This document shows positions 31,484 through 41,253 of a stretch of DNA of 64,000 nt, in pieces. Source of the DNA: an uncultured Candidatus Saccharibacteria bacterium (GTDB lineage Bacteria; Patescibacteriota; Saccharimonadia; Saccharimonadales; Saccharimonadaceae). Made by a program: the position numbers and the translations under genes. Below the pieces are notes generated by a model. That model had not been told where the DNA came from and ran no database searches. It saw nothing but the letters and a program-made list of their open reading frames with translations. Within the stretch, counting starts at the first letter, position 1. Every line of letters starts with the position of its first letter. Location of the stretch: positions 67,149 to 131,148 of the forward strand of contig CAURNC010000002.1 of assembly GCA_963526325.1 (NCBI GenBank). Direction: 5' to 3'.

Positions 31484-32756
31484 GCTCTTGATATAATTTT
31501 TCCAGCTTCTTCACTTGGCGGTTTTCAGTAAATTTGGCCGCCATTTTTTTACTGATAGCCCCAAATTCCTGACGCTTATCAGCATCCTCCAGCAGGGTAA
31601 TAATCGCTCGGCCAAAACTGGTTGGATTATCATTTGCAATGAAGCCATTCACGCCGTCTTGGACCACTTCTGACAGCTCTTTGTCCACCAGCACGATCGG
31701 CAGCCCTGCGTGAGCCGCTTCATGCAGCACCCAACCCTGCGTGTCTTTCAGTGACGGAAAGGCAAACACGTCCAGCACTGAGTACGCCAGGCCGAGCTTT
31801 TCACGCGGCATGGCGCCAGTGAAAATAATTCTGTCAGCATATTTGGTCGCGGCAGCCATTTCCTCCAGCGTCTTTCGGTATTCAAAATCACCAACAAACA
31901 ATAATTTTGCCTTGGGCCGCTTCTTGGCGATGTGCCGTTCAAACGATTTGATGAGAAGTGGCAAATTCTTTTCTTCACCCAACCGACCAACAAATCCAAA
32001 GATTTCATCATCTTCCGCCAAGTTCCACTGCTCACGAAATGCCTTCACCTCTGTTTTCGTTGGGCGAGGCAGCGCATTTACGCCATTTGGCATTAGCACC
32101 AGCTCATAGTGATAATCATCGTACTGCCAAGACTTCAGTTGCTTACAACTCTTTCGACACAGAGCGATAACCGCGTCTGCTTTGCTATACAAAATGGTGA
32201 TGACGCTTTCGATGATATCTTTGTTCCACTTGGTAACACCAGCTCGCGGCTTGTACAATTTAGCGATTTCCAGCAAGTCATGACCGCGCAGTTTCACGGA
32301 CATTGGGAAGACGATTCCTGCCAGCGCCAAAGCACCAGGCAGCACCGCCGGGTAGTGATCGACGAATTCATAGATGTCCGTACAGTGCTGAATCACTAGC
32401 GGAATGTCGTTCTTTTTGGCAGCTTTCACGCCAACTAATCCAATTTGTGATGGCGTAAACACATGTACCATGTCCAGCTCCAATTCTTTGATGCGACGCT
32501 GTACTGCCGGCGGAAAGAACACCGATGTATCATAATCATCAAAAAACGCTCCCTTGATCGACGGAAAACGAATGATCCGCGAGTCAGCATCTTCGTTGAG
32601 CAACTCGGCTTGCTTAGATGGGTTCATCGACTTGGCAGGGCAAAATACGTAGACCTCATGTCCTAGGTTTTCCAGCTCTCGCTTGAGCGATTCAACCACA
32701 AAAACGATGCCATTGATTGATGGTCGATAGGTATCAGTAAACAGTCCAATCCTCAT
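31431..32756 (-). CDS. GT4 glycosyltransferase (monoglycosyl-diacylglycerol synthase-like)
   Basis: MRIGLFTDTYRPSINGI, VGRLGEEKN, DTQGWVLHEA. Confidence 0.85.
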   Translation of the reverse strand: MRIGLFTDTYRPSINGIVFVVESLKRELENLGHEVYVFCPAKSMNPSKQAELLNEDADSRIIRFPSIKGAFFDDYDTSVFFPPAVQRRIKELELDMVHVFTPSQIGLVGVKAAKKNDIPLVIQHCTDIYEFVDHYPAVLPGALALAGIVFPMSVKLRGHDLLEIAKLYKPRAGVTKWNKDIIESVITILYSKADAVIALCRKSCKQLKSWQYDDYHYELVLMPNGVNALPRPTKTEVKAFREQWNLAEDDEIFGFVGRLGEEKNLPLLIKSFERHIAKKRPKAKLLFVGDFEYRKTLEEMAAATKYADRIIFTGAMPREKLGLAYSVLDVFAFPSLKDTQGWVLHEAAHAGLPIVLVDKELSEVVQDGVNGFIANDNPTSFGRAIITLLEDADKRQEFGAISKKMAAKFTENRQVKKLEKLYQELIDQKAADASRDPDRDA

Positions 32757-33781
32757 GATTCTACTACGCTCCTGTAAAATTTCACTAATCGCTCACCACC
32801 CGCTCGACTGTCAAACCGTTTGGCGATTCGCCCAGCTGCAGTAACTTGTTGTTTATACCATTTGGCGTCATTTCGCAGTTTGTCTATCACCCGGGCAGCA
32901 TCCTGAGCTGAGGAGATGAACTGTGCATCTGGGCGGAATGTATCGTCGTATTCATGGATATCTCTCAAGATGATTGGCAGTCCAGCGCCCGCAGCTTCCA
33001 GGACACACATTGGATGATTTTCCTGCTCAGCAGGCAAAAAGAACGCATCGGCTGCATGTAAATAGGTCATGACGTCTGCATGATCAACCACACCCGTGAT
33101 GATCACGTTTTTGGGAGCCGATGCTATCAGGTCTTGCATTTTGCCATATTCTGCGCCCAAATGTTTGAAGGGAATACCACCCACCCAGATAAATGTCACC
33201 TCAGGCAAAGCTCGTGCCGTTTCAAAAAACGTGTCCAGACGCTTACGCGGCTGAACCTGTCCATTACCAACCACCACAAAGTCTGACGGCTTCAGTTTCA
33301 GCTTTTTACGAGCAGTTTGTTTGGTTTTTAGAGTAGACGCATAGCGACTCATGTCGACCGTATTGTACAGCACCTCCACACGTGTTTTCAGCTTCATCGG
33401 ACCAGTCATGGTTTCTTTGACCATGTTAGAGCAGGCCAACACCAAATCAGCCTGGTTATATACCCAGCGCATATACGCTCGCACCAACCACTGCATTCTG
33501 CCCATGCCTTTGATGCTACCAACCAAGGAAGCAGGGATAACATGACCAGAGATAATCTTTTTGCCACGTGAACGTTTGAGCATCCACATTGAATACAAAC
33601 CAATGGTCTGAGCATGGACGATGTCTGCATCAGAGCGAGCTTGATTAACCACGACGGACGTGTCTTTTCTCGCCTTAAGCGCATTTGTCATCTCTACAAA
33701 AGCAGTGTGAACACCATGGCCTTGGACAGTAAACTCACTCTCGGAAATCATATCGACATTCAGTCGAGTCTTGCGTGTCAT
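32753..33781 (-). CDS. GT4 glycosyltransferase (CpoA / diglycosyl-diacylglycerol synthase-like)
   Basis: VQGHGVHTA, HVIPASLVGS, GQVQPRK, ENHPMCVLEA. Confidence 0.85.
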   Translation of the reverse strand: MTRKTRLNVDMISESEFTVQGHGVHTAFVEMTNALKARKDTSVVVNQARSDADIVHAQTIGLYSMWMLKRSRGKKIISGHVIPASLVGSIKGMGRMQWLVRAYMRWVYNQADLVLACSNMVKETMTGPMKLKTRVEVLYNTVDMSRYASTLKTKQTARKKLKLKPSDFVVVGNGQVQPRKRLDTFFETARALPEVTFIWVGGIPFKHLGAEYGKMQDLIASAPKNVIITGVVDHADVMTYLHAADAFFLPAEQENHPMCVLEAAGAGLPIILRDIHEYDDTFRPDAQFISSAQDAARVIDKLRNDAKWYKQQVTAAGRIAKRFDSRAGGERLVKFYRSVVES

Positions 33782-33789
33782 GGTATCTA

Positions 33790-34497
33790 TTATACCACAA
33801 GTCGCGTGCCAACCGCTTCGCCTCTGGCAGCACGCACGATATTGCCATCACTCAGCAAGTCGCAAATAATCATTGGCTTTTTCTCTTCAGCAGCCAAGCC
33901 GATAGCCGCTTTATCCATCACGCCAATGTCCGGGTTTGCCAAAACCTCGTCATAGGTCAATTGGTCAAATTTGACAGCATCAGCAAACTGGACTGGGTCC
34001 TTGTCGTATACGCCATCAACCTTGGTGGCTTTAATCACTACGTCGCATTTCATCTCTAGTGCCAAATTGACGGCTGCCGTGTCGGTGGTCAAAAACGGCC
34101 TACCAGTGCCACAACCAACCACCACTACACGACCTTTTTCCAGGTGACTGACCGCTCGTCGGTAGGTGTACTGATCGACAAATTGGTTCACTTCCACTGT
34201 CGACAAGGCGCGCGTTGCTAAGCCATCATCGTTGAAGACATCAGCCAAAGTGATGGCATTGATCAGCGTCGCCAGCATACCTGCATTGTGTGCCGTCACG
34301 TCACCAATACCGCCGCCGGCAATTTGCGCCCCGCGCACATAATTACCACCGCCAACCATGATGACGACTTGTGTTCCGCTCGCCACCACTGGCTTGATTT
34401 GTGCGGCGATCCACCGCGCCCTCGCGTGATCAAATCCACCAGCGTATTGTCCTTGTAATTGTTCGCCCGAAAGCTTGAGAAGAATTCTGCTATACAT
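33790..34497 (-). CDS. pyrH: UMP kinase
   Basis: RILLKLSGE, GGGN, GMLATLIN, PFLTTDTAA, KVDGVYDKDP. Confidence 0.95.
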   Translation of the reverse strand: MYSRILLKLSGEQLQGQYAGGFDHARARWIAAQIKPVVASGTQVVIMVGGGNYVRGAQIAGGGIGDVTAHNAGMLATLINAITLADVFNDDGLATRALSTVEVNQFVDQYTYRRAVSHLEKGRVVVVGCGTGRPFLTTDTAAVNLALEMKCDVVIKATKVDGVYDKDPVQFADAVKFDQLTYDEVLANPDIGVMDKAAIGLAAEEKKPMIICDLLSDGNIVRAARGEAVGTRLVV

Positions 34498-34589
34498 AGG
34501 TTCATTGTAACAAGTTATGTCACTTCTTGCACACAAGCTCCGTCATATCAAGCCTATACGCAGCCCGCAAAACCCGCTACAATAGCCAC

Positions 34590-35399
34590 ATGAAGTTATT
34601 TTCCTGGAACGTCAACGGCATCCGCGCAGTCCTAAACAAAGGCGAGTTTACCACATTCATCGAAACCTACGACCCGGATATTGTTTGTTTGCAAGAGACT
34701 AAAGCCCAGCGCGGGCAAGTCGAGTTAGACCTGCCGCAATTTTACGAGCATTTCTATTCGGCAGCCAAAAAGGGCTATTCTGGCACCGCCATATTTTCAA
34801 AACAACCAGCCCTGAACTATCTTGATGGTTTTCCAGCAGACATCGCCAACAAATACCAGCTATCCGCTGACGAATACGGCGATCCTAACGACGAAGGACG
34901 TATCATCGCTGCTGAATTTGATGGGTTTTGGCTGGTTACGTGCTATACACCAAATTCCAAAGGCGATCTCAGCCGACTCAGTCTGCGCCACAACCAATGG
35001 GATCCAGCTTGCCTGGAATACCTCAAAGGGTTGGAGCAGGGACATTACGGCGCCGCCAAGCCAGTGCTGTACTGTGGCGACATGAACGTAGCTCACCAAG
35101 ATATCGACCTCGCTCGGCCGAAAGATAACGTCGGCAAGCACGGCTTTACCGACGAAGAGCGAGCAGGTTTTCAAGCGTATCTGGACGCTGGTTTTGTCGA
35201 TGTGTTTCGCGCACACCATCCAACCGCAACAGATGCTTACACTTGGTGGACTCACTGGGCAAATGCCAGAGCCCGAAACGTTGGTTGGCGTATCGACTAC
35301 TGGCTAGCTAGCCAAGAACTAGCACCGTCCATCAAACAAGCACACATCCACCCTGAACAACTGGGTTCCGATCACTGTCCAGTCAGTATAGAACTCTAG
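34590..35399 (+). CDS. xth: Exodeoxyribonuclease III / AP endonuclease
   Basis: SWNVNGIRA, LQETK, GDMNVAH, GWRIDY, SDHCP. Confidence 0.96.
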   Translation: MKLFSWNVNGIRAVLNKGEFTTFIETYDPDIVCLQETKAQRGQVELDLPQFYEHFYSAAKKGYSGTAIFSKQPALNYLDGFPADIANKYQLSADEYGDPNDEGRIIAAEFDGFWLVTCYTPNSKGDLSRLSLRHNQWDPACLEYLKGLEQGHYGAAKPVLYCGDMNVAHQDIDLARPKDNVGKHGFTDEERAGFQAYLDAGFVDVFRAHHPTATDAYTWWTHWANARARNVGWRIDYWLASQELAPSIKQAHIHPEQLGSDHCPVSIEL

Positions 35400-35404
35400 C
35401 CCAC

Positions 35405-35435
35405 AAAAAAGCACCCGAGTTGTCCGGGTGCTTTT
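35405..35435. terminator. Bidirectional terminator
   Basis: AAAAAAGCACCCG / CGGGTGCTTTT between convergent genes. Confidence 0.8.
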
Positions 35436-35455
35436 AGTGTTAGTAAGCGCTCAAA

Positions 35456-36721
35456 TTATTGGCGGCGGCTTACGATGTAGGCAACGGCAGAAGCAGCAAG
35501 TGAGCCGAGACCAAAGATTGAAAGGAGCGCGTCAGTCGTACCAGTTCGTGGCAACTCAGTTGTCGTTGGAGCTGGTGGGGTAGGTTGTTTAGGAGCAGGA
35601 GGGGTAGTCGGAGGAGTGCTTGGCTTACATGCGTCGCTGTCCACTGATGCGTATCCCTCGTTCTTTTGGTCCTTAGTCCAGACGCTGATGATCTGCTTGG
35701 TCTTGATGTCACAGACTTTAACCTTACAGTCTTCTTCGTTCTTTGAGTAACCTTCCTTGTTTTCTTCACTCTTGCGTACGGTTATGATCTCACCGGTTTT
35801 GGTGTCACAAACCTTGACTTTTTCACAGTCAGCAAAGTTCTTTGAGTGTTTGCTTGTGTCGTATTCACTTTCTTTGATAGTGACAATTGTGTCAGTCTTC
35901 AAGTCACAAACTTGAATTTTTGGCTCTTCAGTCACCGTGATGGTAACTTTACAGTTTTGGCTGGTTACACCATCGTTGATGGTAACAGTTGCAGTGTAAG
36001 TACCAGCCTTTGTGTAGGTGTGCTCAGCCTTGTTGCTACTACCAGTTGTCTTTTGGCCATCGCCAAAGTCGAAAGTATAGCTACTGATGCTTGCACCATT
36101 CTTTGCAGTTGCAGTTGCAGCAAAGGCAAACTTGTTGCGGGTACCAGCGACTTTTTGAGCGCTCAATGCGTCACACGTCAATACTGGCTTTGGAGCTGGT
36201 GTTGGTGGAGGTGTTGGTTCACCCCAAAGTGGGTTACCACAGTCTTTAATAACTGCTTGAATGAACTTGCCATTACCGTCCAACCATACGAACACTGGCT
36301 TCTTGCTTGCCACTGGCATAAAGCTGTGACGAATCAAGTAGCTTGGGTATGACTTGCTACCAATCTGCTGGTAGTTAATTGGGTTAGTGTAGTTAACGTG
36401 ACGACGCTGAATGGTTTTTGCATTCGTTGCTACGACACGACCGTTCACTGTAACGGTGTTGTTTGAAGCGTCTGCCACACCTTCGTGCATACCAGCGCCC
36501 TCAACCATTGATTGTGTAATGCCGAAGTAGTTGTAAATACCACGGACTTCGCTGTCGCTGTGATAAGCCGACTTCATGGCACTGTGGGTCATAGTACCAC
36601 AACGAACGATCTTGATATCTGAGCAGCCGACGGCGTCTGAAGGCGTAGCATACCAAATACCACCGATAATTGCGGCAGTAATAGAGCCAGCCAAAAGTAC
36701 TCTCTTTACTATTTTATTCAT
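35456..36721 (-). CDS. Sortase-anchored surface protein with PKD domain and Cys repeats
   Basis: Signal peptide, YTFDFGDG...HTYTKAGTY, three VCDxKT repeats, Pro/Thr linker, LPRTG + TM + RR. Confidence 0.88.
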   Translation of the reverse strand: MNKIVKRVLLAGSITAAIIGGIWYATPSDAVGCSDIKIVRCGTMTHSAMKSAYHSDSEVRGIYNYFGITQSMVEGAGMHEGVADASNNTVTVNGRVVATNAKTIQRRHVNYTNPINYQQIGSKSYPSYLIRHSFMPVASKKPVFVWLDGNGKFIQAVIKDCGNPLWGEPTPPPTPAPKPVLTCDALSAQKVAGTRNKFAFAATATAKNGASISSYTFDFGDGQKTTGSSNKAEHTYTKAGTYTATVTINDGVTSQNCKVTITVTEEPKIQVCDLKTDTIVTIKESEYDTSKHSKNFADCEKVKVCDTKTGEIITVRKSEENKEGYSKNEEDCKVKVCDIKTKQIISVWTKDQKNEGYASVDSDACKPSTPPTTPPAPKQPTPPAPTTTELPRTGTTDALLSIFGLGSLAASAVAYIVSRRQ

Positions 36722-36866
36722 TGTTTCCTCCTCAACCTTACTATTTCTCACCGGTTGTTACGGTCCATATTAGCACAAACTTTTGTATTTGTCAATAAAA
36801 ATGTATAAATATATTGCTTATGGTTTCCGTAAGTCTGCTATAATAGAAAATATCTAGAGGTAATGC

Positions 36867-37727
36867 ATGAAAATTCAAAGACAATTTCCTTGGAAAGAAC
36901 TGATCAAATGGGGAAGCGCCGTTTTGGCGTGTCTTGGTGTTGCTTATTTGCTGTATCTCAATAACCAATACGAAAGGAAGCCAGTAGACAACACACCAGG
37001 CCAAATTCAAGAAAAGCCCGCCACCGAACCAGCACCAGTGCCGACACCAAAAGAGGTCCACGTCACATTGCCTGGAGCTTCACCAATTCCAGCTAGACAA
37101 GAGGACTACCAAGCCGACGGCAGTATCTGGCAAATCGTCAACCAAACGCGTGGCTTCAAACAACCAACCTATGTGCCAAGCGACCTACAAACTGCAGACG
37201 TACCGACCCTGCCAGGTAGGGGACCAGAGGAGCGATCTCTACGAGCAGCAATTATGCCGGATCTGAAAGCGTTGATGGCAGCAGCCGAAAGTGCTGGCTC
37301 GCCAGTACGCTTAGGTAGTGGATATCGCAGCTATCAGACGCAAGTCGGGTTATTTAACCGATACGCCCGTCAAGTTGGCGAGACACAGGCAGCACGATTT
37401 AGTGCCCGACCTGGCTATAGCGAGCACCAATCCGGCCTCGCCCTAGACTTTGGCTCGCCCGACGGCAGATGCTGGGTGGACGATTGTTTCAAAAACACCA
37501 AAGCAGGGAAATGGTTGGCGGCCCATGCTCACGAATACGGCTTCATCCTGCGCTATCCAGAAGGCAAACAATCAATCGTCGGCTATCAATACGAAGCCTG
37601 GCATTTCCGTTACGTCGGCCGTGAACTCGCTGGCGCGCTGCACCAGTCCGGCTTAACCCTGGAAGAAGCATTACCATATCTAGAAAAAGCACAAAATGAA
37701 CTGAAGCAAAAGGAGACGTCGTCATGA
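36867..37727 (+). CDS. M15B D,D-carboxypeptidase (VanY-like)
   Basis: SGYRS, SEHQSGLALD, GFILRYP, YEAWHFRYVG; N-terminal TM. Confidence 0.92.
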   Translation: MKIQRQFPWKELIKWGSAVLACLGVAYLLYLNNQYERKPVDNTPGQIQEKPATEPAPVPTPKEVHVTLPGASPIPARQEDYQADGSIWQIVNQTRGFKQPTYVPSDLQTADVPTLPGRGPEERSLRAAIMPDLKALMAAAESAGSPVRLGSGYRSYQTQVGLFNRYARQVGETQAARFSARPGYSEHQSGLALDFGSPDGRCWVDDCFKNTKAGKWLAAHAHEYGFILRYPEGKQSIVGYQYEAWHFRYVGRELAGALHQSGLTLEEALPYLEKAQNELKQKETSS

Positions 37728-38530
37728 AACTATCAGCTGGGCGGGCAGGGCTGGCATTCGTATTATCCGCATGGGTAACGTTTAGCGGGCTGCTGATATG
37801 GGGCGGTTTGCAGACCAGTCAACAGAGCCAAGAAGCCAATCAACTAGCAGCGACCTCGGTCTGGCAACCTGACGCTGTCGTGGAGTTCACTCAGAACAAT
37901 ACGACCGAAAAACTGACCATACCAAGCTGGCGACGGCTCGATGACAATAACATTTGGGCACACGTCTGGAAACAACACGGCCTCGACCCAAACTACCAGC
38001 CAGAGTTGGCCAACCTTGAGGATGTGAAGGTTGGTAAATGGGTAGAAGACAAGCGTCTGCGCCCACAAGCACTAGACAATCTCAAGCCATTTGCAAAAGC
38101 CGCAGAAGCAGCCGGCCATCCCATATTGGTCACCAGTGCCTATCGCTCCTACGCCGACCAGGAAAAAACCCGCAAAGAGCTAGCTCGCACCAATGGGCAA
38201 TTGTACGCCGATGAATTTGTAGCAGAACCAGGCAAAAGTGAGCACCAGCTGGGACTGGCGGTGGACTTTTCATCATACACCGAACCGTGCATGGAAAAAT
38301 TTACCGCCTGCCGCCTCGACAAGGCTTCCGCCGAGTGGCTAGCCGCTCATGCCCACGAATACGGCTTCATTTTGCGCTACCCAGAAGGTAAGCAGGCCAT
38401 CACTGGCGTCGCACCAGAATCCTGGCACTTCCGCTATGTCGGCAAGGACCTAGCGAGCTTTATGCACCGCAACAAGCTTACGCTCGAAGAAGTGATGACA
38501 CAGCTAAAGAAAGCTCGTGAAACCTCATGA
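37724..38530 (+). CDS. M15B D,D-carboxypeptidase (VanY-like), paralog
   Basis: SAYRS, SEHQLGLAVD, GFILRYP, ESWHFRYVG. Confidence 0.92.
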   Translation: MKLSAGRAGLAFVLSAWVTFSGLLIWGGLQTSQQSQEANQLAATSVWQPDAVVEFTQNNTTEKLTIPSWRRLDDNNIWAHVWKQHGLDPNYQPELANLEDVKVGKWVEDKRLRPQALDNLKPFAKAAEAAGHPILVTSAYRSYADQEKTRKELARTNGQLYADEFVAEPGKSEHQLGLAVDFSSYTEPCMEKFTACRLDKASAEWLAAHAHEYGFILRYPEGKQAITGVAPESWHFRYVGKDLASFMHRNKLTLEEVMTQLKKARETS

Positions 38531-39318
38531 ATTCGTCATACTGGCAGCGTCAAGAGCTAGGCAAACCTCTGTTTCCTGATGTTGAATGGAATCGCCCCGA
38601 ACGGCTTGACCAGTCTGGACGCCTAGCCATCATTGGCGGCAACAAACTAGGCTTTTCGTCTGTCGCTGAGGCCTACGCAACCGCTCAAACAACTGGTGTT
38701 GGTCAAGTCCGCGTATTATTGCCTGATGTTCTCAAAAAAAGTGTGCCGTCCAGTATGACTGATGTCTTATTTGGGGCGACTAACCCATCCGGCAGCCTAG
38801 CGCAAGCAGCACTCACGGAAGCCGTATCGCTCTGTGACTGGTCTGATGTGCTCTTATTGATCGGCGACGCTGGCAGAAACAGTCAAACCGCGATCGTCCA
38901 CGAAGAACTGGTCAAGCGCTCACAACAACCAGTCGTCATCACCCGTGACGCCATCGATCTACTACAAAACAGTTTTGCGGAGATTTTGGACAATCAGCAT
39001 GTGGTATTTGTGGCTTCTTTTGCTCAAGTACAAAAAATATTTCGTTCAGTGTACTACCCAAAAATGCTGACGTTCAGCATCCAACTAGCACAGTTCGTCG
39101 ACATACTCCATAAGTTCACCATCACCTATCCGGTTACCATCTGCACCTTCCACGCCGAACACGTGGTCATCGCCCACGGCGGCACCGTCGTCACCCAAGC
39201 CTGGCATGAGCCGATGGCCATCTGGCGTGGAGTTGTTGGCGCAAAAATTGCCAGCTACTTGGTATGGTCACCCGGTGCGCCACTGGCTGCTGCCAGCACC
39301 GCCGTCTGCGCGGGGTAA
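38527..39318 (+). CDS. YjeF/NnrD carbohydrate-kinase-like protein (divergent)
   Basis: GRLAIIGG, GVGQVRV, PVVITRDAI resemble the NnrD N-terminal motifs. Confidence 0.6.
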   Translation: MNSSYWQRQELGKPLFPDVEWNRPERLDQSGRLAIIGGNKLGFSSVAEAYATAQTTGVGQVRVLLPDVLKKSVPSSMTDVLFGATNPSGSLAQAALTEAVSLCDWSDVLLLIGDAGRNSQTAIVHEELVKRSQQPVVITRDAIDLLQNSFAEILDNQHVVFVASFAQVQKIFRSVYYPKMLTFSIQLAQFVDILHKFTITYPVTICTFHAEHVVIAHGGTVVTQAWHEPMAIWRGVVGAKIASYLVWSPGAPLAAASTAVCAG

Positions 39319-39334
39319 TTGCTTACGCTAACCA

Positions 39335-39363
39335 TTGACATTTTATACTTTTAGTGATATGAT
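39335..39363 (+). promoter_or_regulatory. sigma70 promoter
   Basis: TTGACA-17 nt-TATGAT with extended -10 TG. Confidence 0.8.
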
Positions 39364-39448
39364 GTAATTTAGCTTTCGCTCGAAGCTTCGTCAAAGGGCG
39401 GAAGTCGCCCTTTAGCTTTGAGTGATACACCTTGAGAGGAGGTGTATC

Positions 39449-39619
39449 ATGGTGCCTAAGGTTTTACGGGCGCTGGCCATTATAGTTATGGCGAGCGCCC
39501 TGGCAGCCCTCCTATCAAAGGGAGATTTCGCCATGGCTGTCGCAGACATAGCGACAGCGTTAGCCTTATTGAACTCCGCTCGTATTCACGAGCTGGAGGA
39601 CAAACTCAGGGAGGGCTAG
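39449..39619 (+). CDS. Small hydrophobic protein (56 aa) in a highly structured transcript
   Basis: Strong SD AGGAGGTG; two hydrophobic helices and a charged tail. Confidence 0.55.
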   Translation: MVPKVLRALAIIVMASALAALLSKGDFAMAVADIATALALLNSARIHELEDKLREG

Positions 39620-39620
39620 C

Positions 39621-39690
39621 GCCCACCGAGAAAATAGCTCGCCTTGAGACTTCAAAGTCTCGGCTGGAGCCTCTCGGTGGGCTATTTTCT
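39621..39690 (+). terminator. Long terminator-like stem
   Basis: GCCCACCGAGA / TCTCGGTGGGC then TATTTTCT. Confidence 0.65.
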
Positions 39691-39746
39691 TTGCTCATAT
39701 ATAAACATCGCCCAGTCAGTGGGCGATGGTTGCTTGGAGCGACCTC

Positions 39747-39833
39747 TGGTACCGCGGGCCGGACTTGAACCGGCACGAGCTATTGCTCACCAGATTTTGA
39801 GTCTAGCGCGTCTACCAATTCCGCCACCGCGGC
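39747..39833 (-). tRNA. tRNA-Leu(CAA)
   Basis: GCCGCGG...CCGCGGTACCA; anticodon arm CTAGA-CTCAAAA-TCTGG; long variable arm. Confidence 0.97.
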
Positions 39834-39941
39834 ACGAGAGAGCGCTCCAAAACTACTGGTTATTATATCACGTTATCCTCGCCCTCGACAAGGGGATATT
39901 TTTGTTTTTTTGGTGATTTTCCTGTATCATTAAACATAAGT

Positions 39942-41231
39942 ATGAACCCCGGAAGTCCACGACCATTCCAACCGCCAGCGCGTGACCAATCATCAACGCG
40001 CAATGCTGCTGCTGATGTTATCCGCGGGCAAATAAACTCGATTTACACTGGTAATTCGTCTGAAGCTGCACCACACACCACACCCGCACCAGTCAACACA
40101 ACCCCACAAGAGCCAACACCTCAACCTCAACCTCAACCTCAACCTCAACCTCAACCTCAACCACAAGCCACTACGCCAGTAGTCAAACCAGTTTCACAGA
40201 CCGAACCACAGAGCCACCGCCTCAACACTGCACCGCCTACTGGCACGACCGCCGCAACCACCAGCCAGCCCACTCAACTAGCCAACAGCACACCGCGAGC
40301 CACGCCCGATCAGTGGCAGCAATACCACAGTGCCTGGCAAAAATATTATCAGATGTACTACGAACGGTATTATGCCAATCACCTGAACGCCCAACAGTCT
40401 CCAGCTCAGCAGCCGCAAACCAGCACTCCAGAGACAGCAGACACCCTGTCGCCACAACAGCAGGCCATCCGTGATCTGCGCTCTAAAATCCGCAATACCG
40501 TCAACGACTCCGCCAAAAAAGTGCGCAATTCTCGACATTTCATCCCAGCCCTAGCCGGAACCATGGTCATGTTAGCCTTTGTCTTCCTGCAATACAACCG
40601 GGTCATCTTGGGCACCGTTGCAGCCTATACCAGCCCCGGCAATATTGAGCCGCAAAACATCATCGTCGACCCAAGCATTGACACCAAAGTCAGCGCTGAA
40701 CCAAAGATTATCATCCCGAAGATTAATGTTGATGCGCCCGTGGTGTACGGCGCCGCACCAGATGTACAATCACAGCGCAAAGCCATGGAAAAAGGCGTAG
40801 CGCACTTTGCCGTTTCTGGAGCAAGCGCGCTACCAGGACAGGCGGGAAATGTTGTATTGGCTGGGCACTCCAGCAATGACGCCTTTGCTGCCGGAGGATA
40901 TAAATTCATCTTCGCCCAAAACGAAAAACTTCAAAAAGACGACGTCATATATCTTAACTACGAAGGCAAACGATACACCTATAAAATCACTGGTTCAGAA
41001 GTCGTCAAACCAAACGAGGTCACCAAAATCCAAACTGGTACCCAAAAACCAATGCTCACGTTGGTCAGCTGTGTTCCTGTTGGCACTGCCGACAAGCGTC
41101 TGTTGGTCTATGCTGATCAAATCAGCCCAGACCCCAACACCGCTTCTGCTGCTGCTGAAAACACCGCAACAGGGCAAATACCAGGCAATCCATCGCCAAC
41201 TGTCTTGGAGCGTATCTTTGGTGCTCGATAA
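39942..41231 (+). CDS. Sortase with long disordered N-terminus
   Basis: IPKINVDAPV, GNVVLAGHS, LTLVSC, R catalytic residues; TM before the catalytic domain. Confidence 0.92.
   Translation: MNPGSPRPFQPPARDQSSTRNAAADVIRGQINSIYTGNSSEAAPHTTPAPVNTTPQEPTPQPQPQPQPQPQPQPQATTPVVKPVSQTEPQSHRLNTAPPTGTTAATTSQPTQLANSTPRATPDQWQQYHSAWQKYYQMYYERYYANHLNAQQSPAQQPQTSTPETADTLSPQQQAIRDLRSKIRNTVNDSAKKVRNSRHFIPALAGTMVMLAFVFLQYNRVILGTVAAYTSPGNIEPQNIIVDPSIDTKVSAEPKIIIPKINVDAPVVYGAAPDVQSQRKAMEKGVAHFAVSGASALPGQAGNVVLAGHSSNDAFAAGGYKFIFAQNEKLQKDDVIYLNYEGKRYTYKITGSEVVKPNEVTKIQTGTQKPMLTLVSCVPVGTADKRLLVYADQISPDPNTASAAAENTATGQIPGNPSPTVLERIFGAR
40119..40160 (+). repeat. (CCTCAA)7 microsatellite encoding a Pro-Gln run
   Basis: Seven perfect hexamer copies. 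Confidence 0.95.
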
Positions 41232-41253
41232 CCGGAAAATTACCTCCTTGAGT

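Noticed and set aside
39644..39916. 90-aa ORF
   Set aside because: Antisense reading across the terminator and tRNA-Leu
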